A stretch of 64,000 nt of DNA from Sedimentisphaerales bacterium. Lineage in GTDB: Bacteria; Planctomycetota; Phycisphaerae; Sedimentisphaerales; SM23-30. The stretch lies in contig CAXXFK010000023.1 of assembly GCA_963663965.2 (NCBI GenBank), forward strand, positions 50,351 through 114,350, given 5' to 3'. Of the stretch, positions 1-10,927 are shown piece by piece (positions within the stretch are counted from its first letter, which is position 1; each line of letters starts with the position of its first letter). The notes under the pieces are model-generated. The model was given only the letters and a program-made list of their open reading frames with translations. It did not search any database and was not told where the DNA came from. The translations under genes and the position numbers were made by a program.

Positions 1-858
1 GGCGCCGGCCAGCACGGACTGGCTACCGCCACCATCGGCGCCAAAATGGGCATGGAAGTCAAGGTCTTCATGGGCTGCGTGGATATCGAACGCCAGATGC
101 CCAATGTCCAGAAAATGCGCCTGCTTGGCGCCGAAGTCATCTCCGTTACCAGCGCCACCGGCACCCTCAAAGACGCCATCAACGATGCCATGCGTTACTG
201 GACGGCGCATGTGGATGACACCTTCTACCTCTTCGGCACTGCCGCCGGACCGCATCCCTATCCCCAGGTCGTCCGCCATTTTCAGAAGGTCATCGGCGAT
301 GAAACCCGCCACCAATGCCTCAGCAAACTCGGCCGCCTGCCCACTGCGGTCATTGCCTGCGTTGGGGGCGGCAGCAATGCCATCGGCATGTTCGCCGGCT
401 TTATCGAAGACGAAAAAGTTCAGCTCATAGGCGTCGAAGCCGCCGGCGAAGGTCTCGATACCGAACGTCACGCCGCCACTCTGCAAAAAGGCGGCGTCGG
501 AGTTCTGCATGGCGCACGATCCTATATCCTCCAGGACGAAAACGGCCAGGTCCATGAATCCCATTCGATCAGCGCCGGCCTCGACTACCCCGGCGTTGGG
601 CCCGAACATAGCTACCTCAAGGAAACCGGCCGGGCTGAATATGTCGGTGCCACCGATGATGAAGTCCTCGATACGTTCTTGCTGCTCACCCGCGAAGAGG
701 GCATTATTCCCGCCTTCGAAAGCACCCACGCCATCGCCTGGTTGCTTAATAACGCCGATCGTTTCCAATCCGACGATGTGGTCGTCGTCAATCTCTCCGG
801 ACGCGGTGACAAAGATGTCGACGCCTACATCCGATACCGGCCCGAATCTGCTAAATAA
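1..858 (+). CDS. trpB: Tryptophan synthase beta chain (5' end outside window)
   Basis: Frame open from base 1 (GAGQHG); motifs [46 protein letters not shown]. Confidence 0.98.
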   Translation, partial: GAGQHGLATATIGAKMGMEVKVFMGCVDIERQMPNVQKMRLLGAEVISVTSATGTLKDAINDAMRYWTAHVDDTFYLFGTAAGPHPYPQVVRHFQKVIGDETRHQCLSKLGRLPTAVIACVGGGSNAIGMFAGFIEDEKVQLIGVEAAGEGLDTERHAATLQKGGVGVLHGARSYILQDENGQVHESHSISAGLDYPGVGPEHSYLKETGRAEYVGATDDEVLDTFLLLTREEGIIPAFESTHAIAWLLNNADRFQSDDVVVVNLSGRGDKDVDAYIRYRPESAK

Positions 859-860
859 CC

Positions 861-887
861 GTAGATGGGCAAGCACTGTTTGCCCAT
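861..887. repeat. GTAG-led palindrome (REP-like) between trpB and trpA
   Basis: GTAG, then ATGGGCAA (865-872) / TTGCCCAT (880-887) inverted repeat. Confidence 0.4.
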
Positions 888-925
888 GCTGAGTTTTTGC
901 ATAAAACCGCATTAAGGATGCCAGC

Positions 926-1717
926 ATGCTCACTTATAAACAACTCTTTGCCAACCTCAATCGCCCGGCCTTTGTCCCCTTTTTCGTTCTGGGCGATCCC
1001 AATTACAACGAGTCACTCCGACTGATCAAGGCCGCCATCGACGCCGGGGCGGATGTCCTCGAACTTGGCATCCCCTTCAGCGATCCTACCGCCGATGGCC
1101 CCACCATCCAGAAAGCCGATGTCCGCGCCCTTGAATCCGGTATGACCTGTAAAAAGGCGCTCAACCTTATTGCTGAAATCAAGCAATACCGCGACATACC
1201 GATCGGCCTGCTCATGTATTACAATATCATCGAAAAATACGGTCGCGAAAAATTTTATCTCGACGCCGCCCGCGCCGGGGTCAACAGCGTCCTGGTCGCC
1301 GACCTCTGTGTCGATGACGCCGACGAGGTCCAGCCCCTTATCGAAAAGGCCGGCCTCGACTCCGTCTACATGGTCACCCCCAACACCGCCGAAAGCCGCC
1401 GCGACAAAATCGCCCGGCTCTGTACCGGCTTTATCTATACCGTCTCCACCCTCGGCGTCACCGGCGCCCGCGCCCAGCTGAGCGACCTGGTCCTGCCCCT
1501 GGTTCACGATCTCAAACAACGGACCCCCATCCCCGTCTGTGTCGGTTTCGGCGTCAGCCAGCCCGATCATGCCCGACAACTTGCCGCCGCCGGCGTCGAC
1601 GGCGTCATTGTCGGCTCCGCCATCGTCAATATCATCGATCGCAACCTCAATAACCTTGATATGGCCGAATCCGAACTCAAACAACTCATCGCTGACATGA
1701 AGGCGGCACTGGAATAA
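926..1717 (+). CDS. trpA: Tryptophan synthase alpha chain
   Basis: ELGIPFSDPTADGPTIQ, GVTG, VGFGVS, DGVIVGSAIV; follows trpB. Confidence 0.98.
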   Translation: MLTYKQLFANLNRPAFVPFFVLGDPNYNESLRLIKAAIDAGADVLELGIPFSDPTADGPTIQKADVRALESGMTCKKALNLIAEIKQYRDIPIGLLMYYNIIEKYGREKFYLDAARAGVNSVLVADLCVDDADEVQPLIEKAGLDSVYMVTPNTAESRRDKIARLCTGFIYTVSTLGVTGARAQLSDLVLPLVHDLKQRTPIPVCVGFGVSQPDHARQLAAAGVDGVIVGSAIVNIIDRNLNNLDMAESELKQLIADMKAALE

Positions 1718-1938
1718 TCCTGAATGCATAACTATTAAAATTTAAAATAGTTTACACCAAAGGGTCTGCCAGACCCCAAAACGCCTCGATAACAATCATT
1801 TCATATTTTTTTATTTTCAAGTGGAATTGCCTTGAACCCCGGCCAATAATCGAAAAAGATTAGCTCTTAAGTAAAGAGTCGTGCCGGATGTTCGCATTCT
1901 TGGCATACAAAACCTCTATGGTCACAGGGAGATCGAAA

Positions 1939-4900
1939 ATGAAAAACAACATCTCATTGGTTGGGCGTTATTATTTATTATTTGTCTATTATATCCTGTT
2001 TTGCGCCGGTATTCTGCCCGCCAAAATGATATACGTCAAAGTTAATGCCAACGGCAACAACAATGGCGCCGACTGGACCAACGCCTACAACCACCTTCAG
2101 GATGCCCTGCAAAATGCCCAGCTGGGCGATGCCATATTAATCGCCCAGGGCTATTATTACCCCAACACGAACACTCAGTACCCCAATGGGACCAAAGACC
2201 GCACCCTGTCATTCACCCTGAAAAACGGCGTAACACTCGCAGGTGGCTTCGCGGGCGACCCCAAAAAACCTCTCTCCCGAAATCCGTCCTTATACAAAAC
2301 CTATCTCAGCGGCGATATTGGTATCCTTGGCAACACGGCCGATAACAGCTACCACGTCCTTTACGCCAACGCCGTAACCAATGCCACAGTCGATGGTGTT
2401 TATATCATCTACGGCAACGCCAATGCGAGCTCAGGCTCCAACGCATCCGGCGGAGGACTCTATCTCTACAACTGTTCGCCCGAAATCAATAATTGCCAGT
2501 TCAAATTTAACGAAGCGCATACCGGCGGGGCAATCTATGGCGCGATCGTTTCTCCCAACATCACCGAATGCCGTTTCGAAGAAAATTCCTCCTCTCAAAA
2601 AGGTGGCGCTATTTATGTCGCCGCCGCTTCCAGCCCAACTCTGGAAGGCTGCACCTTCTATAATAACATAAGCAATTACGGCGGCGCATTATACAGTTAT
2701 AACGGCATGCCCGACCTTATCAACTGCGTTTTCGACCAGAACATGTGTTATTTTGGCGGCGGTGCGCTCTATTACGAAATGAGCAACGGCGCCATCCTTC
2801 AGTCAATTTTTTGCAATAATGTCGCGATCCCCTGGGAATCCCCTCCGCCCGGCGGTGCGCTCTACTGCCGGGATAGCAATCCCCAGATCATTAACAGCGT
2901 CTTCTGGAATAATTTCAGTATGATTACCGGTGGCATCTATGGCAATTCCGCCCCAGCCATCACCAATACCATTCTCTGGAATAACGGCAGCTCCAATCTC
3001 TATGACCAGATCGATTGTACTTCCGCCTCGGTCAATTACTGTTGTATAGAAGGCTGGGATGGCTCCCTCGGCGGAACGGGCAACATTGCCGCCGATCCCC
3101 TCTTTGCCGATCCCGTTAACCTCAATTTCAACCTGGCTGCCGGCTCTGGCGGTATCGACGCCGGCCAGAACGCCGCCCTCGGCGACCTCCTCATGAACGA
3201 CTTCTATGGCAATCCCCGCTATGGTAACGATCCCGCCACTCCCGACACCGGTAGCGGCGCTGCCCCGATTATCGATATCGGCGTCGCCGAAATCCCCTCA
3301 CCCTCCGTTATCTTTGTCCGCACCGACGCGCCCGGCCCCGATCACGACGGATCCAGTTGGAGCAAGGCCTATTTATACCTGCAAGATGCCTTGGAAGTTG
3401 CCGTTGCCGGTCAGCAGATCTGGATCGCCAAAGGCGCCTATAAACCCGACCAGAGCAAAGACCACCCCTCCGGCACCGGCAACCGCGACGCCACCTTCGA
3501 TATCAACGATGGCATTGCCCTCTATGGGGGGTTCGCGGGCAACGAAGATCCCGAAACGTATGACCTGGCCCAACGCCAGTTGCAACTCAATGAATCGATC
3601 CTGAGCGGCAATATTGGCTCCACCGGCACATCAACCGACAACTCCTATTCCATCGCCACCCTGGAAGGCGTCGGCGGTTCTGTCGTAATCAACGGATGCC
3701 TTTTTCAGGAGGCCTGGGCTGATGGCACTGAATCGAAACAGAAAATGGGAGGTGCACTCTACTGTGATGGGGTCGCTCCCATCATGTCCCAGTGTATTGT
3801 CCGTAATTGCCATTCCATATGGCATGGCGCCGGCATTTATACCAATAACTGCGATCCTGTTATCCTAGATTGTATCTTCAGATTCAACACGATCGATACC
3901 AACTATGGCGGAGCCGGTTTATTTTGCGGCAATGGAACATTAAAATTAGAACAATGTCTTTTTCAACGTAATCAGGCAAAAAATGGCGGAGCCTTGCATG
4001 TACTTCAATCGGAGGTTTTCATTACCGAATCCGAATTCTTTTATAACCAGGGCTCTTATGGCGGCGGGGCCCATTTTTACGGTTGCCCGTCAGTCACGCT
4101 TGACCGTTGCGTTTTCTCAGGCAATCAAGGATTCAGCGGCGGGGCTCTATCCGCTCAATGGGATTCATTTGCTATGTACAATTGTTTGTTTTATAACAAT
4201 ACCGCCGACCTGGGCGGCGCGGTCTATATCTGGGAAACCAGCTCTGCCCGGGCCGCCAATTGCACCCTGGTTGATAATACCGCCAACCAGGGCGGCGGCC
4301 TCTTCGCGGTGAATAATACGGTCGATGTCAGCAATACAATCTTGTGGAATAACCAGGCTCGGATGCCGGAAGTCCAGGATAACCAGTTAAAAGGAGGCGG
4401 ATCATACCATTACAATATCAATTACTGTTGCGTACAAGGCTGGTCCGGCAGCCTCGGCGGCGCCGGCAACACCGGTAACGACCCCCGCTTCTACGATTCG
4501 GATGTCCAGGATTATCATTTGCGCCCCGGTTCACCCTGTATCGACGCCGGCGATAACGACACCCTCCCCGATTTTGCCACCCTCGATCTGGACGGCCGCA
4601 ACCGCTTCTATAACGACCCGTTCTCGCCCAATACCGGCCACGGCATTTCTCCCCTCGTCGATATGGGCGCTTATGAATATCGTTTGCACTATCGGGTCAG
4701 GCCCCCTCTCCCCACGCCCAATCCCAACCCGCAACTCAACGACGATGTCACCGAATTTACCAATCTACAGGACGCGCTCACCGCTGCACAAACTGGCGAT
4801 GCTATCTGGGTTTCCGCCGGAACCTATACGCCCGATCAGGGCGGTCTATACGCCGCTGGCGATCAGAACGCCACCTTCCGCCTCAACAAAGGCGTCCGGC

Positions 4901-6264
4901 TCTATGGTGGATTCCCCGTTGATAATGACGCCTGGGAATCCCGCAACCCAACTCTCCACGAAACCATTCTCAGCGGCGACCTGGCCGGCGATGACGGCCC
5001 CAATTTCACCAACTACACCGACAACTGCCTCCACGTCCTCGATGGCTCCGGTACCGACCAGACCACCATCCTCAACGGCTTCACCATCTCCGGCGGCAAC
5101 GCCGGCCCCAACTACCATCCCGCCAATAAAGGTGGAGGCATCATTATCTTCCCCGGCAGCCCCACCATCAAACTATGCCACTTCACCGCCAACTCAGCCG
5201 CCGGCCATCGCGGTGGCGCCATCTTCAATAAAAGCGACAGCAACCCCTGGATTACCCAATGCCGCTTCACCGCCAACCGGGCCGGCGAAGGCGGCGCCAT
5301 CTGCAACGAAGGCGATTGCAGCCCGCTCATCGAAAACTGCGAATTCACCGGCAATGCCGCCGTCGCGACTGCCTATGGCTACGGCTCCGGCGGCGCCATC
5401 CACAACCGCGCCAATAGCAATCCCATTATTCGCCGGTGCCGCTTTATCGATAACACCTCCAATGACGATGCCGGCGGAATCATGAATTACAGCGATTGCC
5501 ACCCAACCATCGAACAATGCCTCTTTAGCGGCAACGCCTCCAACGACAAGGCCGGTGCTGTATACGATCGCACGTATTGTGCCTCCACCCTTAAAAACTG
5601 CACCTTCTATAACAATCAGGCCGCCTACGGCGGCGCCCTCTATGCCTGGGAATACTGCACCGGCTTCGTCCTGAATTCCATCTTCTTTAAAAACGCCGCC
5701 ACCTACGGCCCCGAACTGGCCTCCCATAACCGCAGCAATGTCAGGATCGATTATTGTTGCATCGATCCCGAAGCCACCCTCATCGATGGCAATTCCCAGA
5801 TCCAATGGGGCGTTGGCAATATCAGCGAAGATCCCCGCTTTGTCAACGCCGCGGCCGGCGACTTCCACCTCCTCAGCAAAGGCTGGTACCTGAAAAACGA
5901 CTCCTGGGCCTGGTCCGGCTCTACCAGCCGTTGTATCGACGCCGGCTGCCCCGGCTCGCCCTTGCAGAATGAACTCGCCACTGTTCCGTCCGATCCCTCC
6001 AATACCTACGGCATCAATCTCCGGATCAACATGGGCATTTACGGCGGCACCGACCAGGCCTCTATGCCCCCCCATCACTGGGCGCTCCTGTCCGATTACG
6101 ACAACGACGGCATCGCCGCCCTCACCGATTTCAACCTGCTCTCCAACACCTGGCTCTCCACTGACAGTTATCTACCCGGTGATACCAACCGCAACGCCGC
6201 TACCGATCCGCCCGATATGCAACTGCTGGTCGAGGACTGGCTGGCAACCACCACCTGGCATTGA
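1939..6264 (+). CDS. Large secreted right-handed beta-helix (polymorphic-repeat) protein, three tandem modules, C-terminal dockerin-like tail
   Basis: Signal-peptide-like N terminus; repeated GGAIY/FxxN motifs; LQDAL module start occurs three times; SPCIDAG-type motifs. ATG 1939 preferred over 1888 (GGGAG upstream). Confidence 0.85.
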   Translation: MKNNISLVGRYYLLFVYYILFCAGILPAKMIYVKVNANGNNNGADWTNAYNHLQDALQNAQLGDAILIAQGYYYPNTNTQYPNGTKDRTLSFTLKNGVTLAGGFAGDPKKPLSRNPSLYKTYLSGDIGILGNTADNSYHVLYANAVTNATVDGVYIIYGNANASSGSNASGGGLYLYNCSPEINNCQFKFNEAHTGGAIYGAIVSPNITECRFEENSSSQKGGAIYVAAASSPTLEGCTFYNNISNYGGALYSYNGMPDLINCVFDQNMCYFGGGALYYEMSNGAILQSIFCNNVAIPWESPPPGGALYCRDSNPQIINSVFWNNFSMITGGIYGNSAPAITNTILWNNGSSNLYDQIDCTSASVNYCCIEGWDGSLGGTGNIAADPLFADPVNLNFNLAAGSGGIDAGQNAALGDLLMNDFYGNPRYGNDPATPDTGSGAAPIIDIGVAEIPSPSVIFVRTDAPGPDHDGSSWSKAYLYLQDALEVAVAGQQIWIAKGAYKPDQSKDHPSGTGNRDATFDINDGIALYGGFAGNEDPETYDLAQRQLQLNESILSGNIGSTGTSTDNSYSIATLEGVGGSVVINGCLFQEAWADGTESKQKMGGALYCDGVAPIMSQCIVRNCHSIWHGAGIYTNNCDPVILDCIFRFNTIDTNYGGAGLFCGNGTLKLEQCLFQRNQAKNGGALHVLQSEVFITESEFFYNQGSYGGGAHFYGCPSVTLDRCVFSGNQGFSGGALSAQWDSFAMYNCLFYNNTADLGGAVYIWETSSARAANCTLVDNTANQGGGLFAVNNTVDVSNTILWNNQARMPEVQDNQLKGGGSYHYNINYCCVQGWSGSLGGAGNTGNDPRFYDSDVQDYHLRPGSPCIDAGDNDTLPDFATLDLDGRNRFYNDPFSPNTGHGISPLVDMGAYEYRLHYRVRPPLPTPNPNPQLNDDVTEFTNLQDALTAAQTGDAIWVSAGTYTPDQGGLYAAGDQNATFRLNKGVRLYGGFPVDNDAWESRNPTLHETILSGDLAGDDGPNFTNYTDNCLHVLDGSGTDQTTILNGFTISGGNAGPNYHPANKGGGIIIFPGSPTIKLCHFTANSAAGHRGGAIFNKSDSNPWITQCRFTANRAGEGGAICNEGDCSPLIENCEFTGNAAVATAYGYGSGGAIHNRANSNPIIRRCRFIDNTSNDDAGGIMNYSDCHPTIEQCLFSGNASNDKAGAVYDRTYCASTLKNCTFYNNQAAYGGALYAWEYCTGFVLNSIFFKNAATYGPELASHNRSNVRIDYCCIDPEATLIDGNSQIQWGVGNISEDPRFVNAAAGDFHLLSKGWYLKNDSWAWSGSTSRCIDAGCPGSPLQNELATVPSDPSNTYGINLRINMGIYGGTDQASMPPHHWALLSDYDNDGIAALTDFNLLSNTWLSTDSYLPGDTNRNAATDPPDMQLLVEDWLATTTWH

Positions 6265-6372
6265 TATCGCGCCTTTAACAGTAGAGGCCGCTTGCCGCCC
6301 TGAATGAGTTTTTAGAGGCGACCCATAGACAGTTCGCCGCTAAGACACAAAACTCCCTTTGTCTGCTATTAA

Positions 6373-6621
6373 GATGATTTGACTTGTATTGACCGCCGGC
6401 TTTTGTTAAAATCCAATAAGTCATTTTTGGTAGCTGTTCTTTCTAAAATTGAAAAAGAATGACAGCGCGCAAATCGGGATATTGATACCATTGGCGATTG
6501 AGTTCTGCCATTAACGATTGATAATGCCCGCCAGGCCGCCGGCAAACCACTGGGTATCGAATTCGCCAACACCGCCCTCGACACCTGGGCCCAGGTTGAC
6601 AATGTCCTGTTAACAAAGTAG
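6373..6621 (+). pseudogene. Possible decayed fragment of a secreted beta-sandwich protein
   Basis: Frame reads ...KE*QRANRDIDTIGD*VLPLTIDNARQAAGKPLGIEFANTALDTWAQVDNVLLTK* with TGA at 6460 and 6499; no start codon. Confidence 0.3.
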
Positions 6622-6647
6622 CCACCAATAACCTCCTCCAACCCGTC

Positions 6648-6683
6648 GTAGAAACGCGACCCCTCGCGTCTCTACTTTTTTTT
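6648..6683 (+). terminator. GTAG-type hairpin followed by a T-tract (terminator or REP-like)
   Basis: GTAGAAACGCGA-CCCC-TCGCGTCTCTAC then T8. Confidence 0.55.
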
Positions 6684-6741
6684 CAGAGCCGGTAATCGTT
6701 ATCCCGCCTGATATCGAACCACACGCAACGAATTCCCCCCA

Positions 6742-7176
6742 TCAAGCCCGAACCGCGTTTTTGATCTCCACCGGAACCAGCCTTTGCAAAAAAACAAACC
6801 AGATCAAAACCGAAGCGATCACGGGTAATAATAACACCAAATAGCTCGCCGAAAAATTGCCGGCGACACAGAAAAATCCAACCACCCACCAGAACACCAT
6901 CCAGCCGATCGCCCGGCGAACGCTAATGATCACTTCTATGCCTGAATTCTCGTTTACTGCCAGGGTCATTGCCGAAACAAACTGAAACGGATTGATGCCA
7001 AACCAGTTATTACCCGACCACCCCCGGAAATCGAGACTGAAAACACAAAACGGCGTCGCCGTTGACTTCAGCGTGTAGCCTTCCACGATAGAGTTTACCG
7101 ATCGACTATCCAGCAGCGACCGAAGCCTCACCACCGTTTCATCTCGATTCAATTCTGACTGAACAAGCAGATTCAT
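6742..7176 (-). CDS. Hypothetical membrane protein
   Basis: ORF with two C-terminal hydrophobic segments; start uncertain (ATG 7176 or upstream 7308). Confidence 0.5.
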   Translation of the reverse strand: MNLLVQSELNRDETVVRLRSLLDSRSVNSIVEGYTLKSTATPFCVFSLDFRGWSGNNWFGINPFQFVSAMTLAVNENSGIEVIISVRRAIGWMVFWWVVGFFCVAGNFSASYLVLLLPVIASVLIWFVFLQRLVPVEIKNAVRA

Positions 7177-7381
7177 ACCATTCCCTGCTGTTATAGGATT
7201 ACACAATGCGCCAGCGATATAGTTATCATATTGATGTCGTCCAGGCAACCATTGGGGCCGATGAATAATCTGTCTGTTTCTCTGGACTTGCCCGGAATGA
7301 TTTTTCAATCAAACCAAAATGCGACAGGCTCGCAAGCATCTGAAACGGCAGGTTATGCCGGGCGGCCCAAGGATTGTCTTC

Positions 7382-9226
7382 CTATATGATTTTTTCGATG
7401 ATAATGGTCTGGCCATCGGTAAAGTGTGCGGTTTTAGCATCCTGCGGCGAGAGGCGTATGACTTCTGAGTCCGGTTCGATTTCGGCGGATGCTTTTATGT
7501 GGACAGATCGGAGGCCGCCGTATATCCAGTTGGTATGGCTGGCATAGAGCAAATCGCCCGGTTCCGCCGCCATCGTATCCAGAGCCGGCCGGGGAACAAC
7601 CGCGACGTTTTCTTCCGTAATTTCAGGATCGATTCTGACCGTCAGCCGGGCCTTTTTGCCAGGTGTACGGTTCGGCTCTGACCCCTTGAAGATTTTCATG
7701 GCATCCAGTTGCGTACCGGCGATCAGACCTCTAATTTCCTCAATGGGTTTGGGCTTGGTAAAGAAGGTAACAACCACCCCCAGCGTCCCGGATGCAATAA
7801 TGCCAAACAGGGCGCGCATGAATTTGTAACTGTCCGGCCCCATGCCAAAATCCAGCGGCCCTACCAGCGCGTCCGGCCAGACAAACGAGCACGCGATCAA
7901 AATCGCACCCCCGACGATCGTGGCGAAAGCCGCCGCGGGAGTGTAGCGCTTCCAGGTTATGGCAAAGACAATCGCCATCAATACCGGCGGGGTAATCGCC
8001 GCGGTAAACTTGCCATGGGCGCCATAGATGGTATCTTTCATAAAGATGGGCACCAGGGCCAGGCCCGCCGCCGCCGCCACCAGACTGGTAATTCGGGCCA
8101 CCAGAAGATAGTGCCGGTCGGAGCTTTGCGGCTTGACATACGGTTTCCACACATCATTCACGAAGATCGCACTGACCGCGTTGATCAGAGAATCGGCCGT
8201 ACTCATCAGGGCCGCCGTCAGAGCGGCCAGCACAAATCCAAAGATGCCCGGCGAGCAGAGGAAATACGCCGCCTTGACAAAGGCATCCGGCGCCTCGGTC
8301 TGGAGTTCGCCGTTATTGACCAGCGCCTTGGCAATCCACCCGCCGCAACTCGTTGCAATCGCCGCCAGCGGTGAGAGTATCAATATCCAGCATACCACCA
8401 TGCGGCGCGAATCTTTGACGCTTTTCAGCGACAGAAATCGCATGATAAATCCCTGGTGCATCAGCATGAGCGCGCCGGTATTGGCCAGCCCATCCTGGAC
8501 GTATATCCCGATAAAACTGAATTTGGGCGGATCGTTGAAGTCAGAAAAGGCGTACTTGTGCGATTCGGGCAGCAGGGACCAGAAATCGTAGAAACCGCCA
8601 AAATGGACAATAGCGGCGACAAAGATACCCAGCCCCGCAACCAGCAGGATAATCCCCTGGACCAGGTCTGTCATGATAACCGCCGTCTGACCACCGGCAT
8701 AAACGTAGAGCGCGACGGCCACGGCGGTAATTGTGGCCCCCGTCATGATATTCCACCCCAGCAGGGTATGCAGGGTTTTGCCCAGTGTGATCAGGTTGAT
8801 ACCGATGTATCCAACGATATAGATCAGGATAATAATGGTGGCGGCCAGACGGGTAGATTTATTGAAGCGTTTTTCCAGATATTCCGGAATGGACTGGATT
8901 TTCATATAGTACACAATGGGTATCCAGATCAAAACCAGAATAGGCATCCAGAACCAGTCGTTCAGGTAGGACTGGGTGCTTGAAATCCCGTAGGAGAATC
9001 CCGCCGCGCTGTATTTGATAAAACTGTAACTGCCGACCACCGTGGCGATGCATGAAAAGGCGATGAGCCACCACGAAAAGCGCTGGCCCCCGAAGAAAAA
9101 GTCCTTGGTCGTGGCGGTATAGCGGCCGAAATACAAACCAAAACCCAGGACCGCGACGAAATAAAATATCATCACTGCGTAATCGAGCCCCGAACCCATG
9201 GCCTGTGGCGTTGCCTCTGCGATCAT
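7382..9226 (-). CDS. Sodium:solute symporter (SSS family) with soluble C-terminal extension
   Basis: Many TM segments; PEYLEKRF, GGQTAVIMTD, AALMSTADS motifs. Confidence 0.93.
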   Translation of the reverse strand: MIAEATPQAMGSGLDYAVMIFYFVAVLGFGLYFGRYTATTKDFFFGGQRFSWWLIAFSCIATVVGSYSFIKYSAAGFSYGISSTQSYLNDWFWMPILVLIWIPIVYYMKIQSIPEYLEKRFNKSTRLAATIIILIYIVGYIGINLITLGKTLHTLLGWNIMTGATITAVAVALYVYAGGQTAVIMTDLVQGIILLVAGLGIFVAAIVHFGGFYDFWSLLPESHKYAFSDFNDPPKFSFIGIYVQDGLANTGALMLMHQGFIMRFLSLKSVKDSRRMVVCWILILSPLAAIATSCGGWIAKALVNNGELQTEAPDAFVKAAYFLCSPGIFGFVLAALTAALMSTADSLINAVSAIFVNDVWKPYVKPQSSDRHYLLVARITSLVAAAAGLALVPIFMKDTIYGAHGKFTAAITPPVLMAIVFAITWKRYTPAAAFATIVGGAILIACSFVWPDALVGPLDFGMGPDSYKFMRALFGIIASGTLGVVVTFFTKPKPIEEIRGLIAGTQLDAMKIFKGSEPNRTPGKKARLTVRIDPEITEENVAVVPRPALDTMAAEPGDLLYASHTNWIYGGLRSVHIKASAEIEPDSEVIRLSPQDAKTAHFTDGQTIIIEKII

Positions 9227-9447
9227 GCGTCACCTCCCGACGCCCAGAACGGGGCCCAGAACGTAAAAATGCTGACCAGCGCAAGCATGAAGACAAAGCC
9301 GGCCACCAGGATAACCAGCAAACGCCGGTCTTCGGGGATTTTTAGGTCGAGGTAATTTCCCTTAAGGCCGCCCGCGATACCAATAATGCACAGGATCGCT
9401 CCGATACCGAATTGGCATATAATCGGCCACACTCTCAGCATGTTCAT
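9223..9447 (-). CDS. Small two-TM membrane protein coupled to the symporter
   Basis: 74 aa, two hydrophobic helices, ATGA overlap with the SSS gene, AGGAG RBS. Confidence 0.8.
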   Translation of the reverse strand: MNMLRVWPIICQFGIGAILCIIGIAGGLKGNYLDLKIPEDRRLLVILVAGFVFMLALVSIFTFWAPFWASGGDA

Positions 9448-9593
9448 GGCAACTCCTTGATGGTTGACAGGATGGTCGTTAATCCATTGACTATATTCAC
9501 GGTTGTTCTAATGTAGCCTGGAGAAAAACGCTCTCGTCTCGTTGCGCGCGGAGTGCCCGCTCGCAAGCCCTGAATGAATTTTAACGGGCCCCC

Positions 9594-10418
9594 TTATTGT
9601 AGCAGCTGCTCTCGCAGCCATTCAGGACGGTTCGTCGTAATGCCGGCCACTCCAAGATCGACGAGTCGTTTCGCCTCCTGGGGGTCGTCCACCGTCCAGA
9701 CATAAAGTTTCTGGCCGGCGGCCTTTACCGCATCCATAAATTCCTGATTGACGCCCGCGTAGTGCAGATCGAGCCCATCCAGTCCGTTTTCGACGGCAAC
9801 ATCGATCAGGGATGGGTCATGGGGGAGGTATTGCTTGGTAACCTCATCTTTGTCGGTTCCCTTGAGCCAGTACACCGGGATCCGGGGCAGCTGTTTTTTC
9901 GCCGCCGCGGCCGTTTCCAGGCCGAAAGAGATGATAACAATCTGTTTGGATTTGCCGCTTTTTTCTATCATCGGTACCAGAACCGGCAGAATTTCCGGCC
10001 CGCACTTGATTTCCACGTAGAGCTTTTTGCCCCGGGGGATCCTCTCGATAATATCTGCCAGAAAGGGTATCGGCTCGCCCTGGTATGCTTCGGACTTGAA
10101 TGAACCGACATCGACCTTCCTGAGTTCGTCGGATGTGGTATCCGCGATTTTCAAATCGACGTTTCCGGTTCTCTTGGTGCTGGAATCATGCATGACCATG
10201 ATCCGGTTATCCCTGGACAGGTAAACATCGACCTCGACATCGGCATTCTTTTCCCAGCCGAGCATCACCGATGCCATGGTATTCTCCGGGGCGATATAAG
10301 ACGCCCCCCGGTGGGCGATAATTTCAACTTTTTCTTCGGCTTTCATAGGCCGCCCGGCGCAGCCGGCGGTGATCATCATAACAAATCCAATCAAAACAGT
10401 TACAGCAACGTATTTCAT
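9594..10418 (-). CDS. Glycerophosphodiester phosphodiesterase, probable lipoprotein
   Basis: IIAHRGAS..APENT, EVDV, MHD, EIK, VWTVD, ITTNRP; signal peptide ending TAGC. Confidence 0.95.
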   Translation of the reverse strand: MKYVAVTVLIGFVMMITAGCAGRPMKAEEKVEIIAHRGASYIAPENTMASVMLGWEKNADVEVDVYLSRDNRIMVMHDSSTKRTGNVDLKIADTTSDELRKVDVGSFKSEAYQGEPIPFLADIIERIPRGKKLYVEIKCGPEILPVLVPMIEKSGKSKQIVIISFGLETAAAAKKQLPRIPVYWLKGTDKDEVTKQYLPHDPSLIDVAVENGLDGLDLHYAGVNQEFMDAVKAAGQKLYVWTVDDPQEAKRLVDLGVAGITTNRPEWLREQLLQ

Positions 10419-10927
10419 TTTTTGCTCCCTTAACTATTTTTTCTATTTTCTGACAATACAACGCCACAGCATACCGCCTTATTTCCATATAAGCAATATC
10501 TAATTGTTATCTAACACTCGCAACCCAAGACACCATTTCCCCGGCAACACCAGCGCCGACACCCCACCGCTCCCCAGAACCCCTGCCGACGCCGACATCC
10601 CCATAAATCACAGCAAACAAAATCCGGCCGGCCAACCCCAATACAACCATAAGTCGCTATATATCAACCACTTACTACCCATATGGCCCTCTTTCTCCCG
10701 CTTGGACCGATAGCCCCATTCTCTAACTCAGACCGCCGCCAACAAATTCGTTGCCAACAAATCTGTTGCAACCCGCCGCGCAATTCGGCCAGATAACCAC
10801 CAAACGCCCCATCCCACATCACAAAACCATCACTAACAGCTTCGATTATCTATCCCCTATCGATCCCGTATTGCTCATGAAGAACACCAGCGGCTTGGCC
10901 GTCAGGAGAATCGGCTTGTTTGGTTCT

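Noticed and set aside
6460..6501. TGA recoding (Trp or Sec) or alternative genetic code
   Set aside because: TGA is a normal stop in many intact genes here (cstA, pncB, nrtR) and TGG is used for Trp
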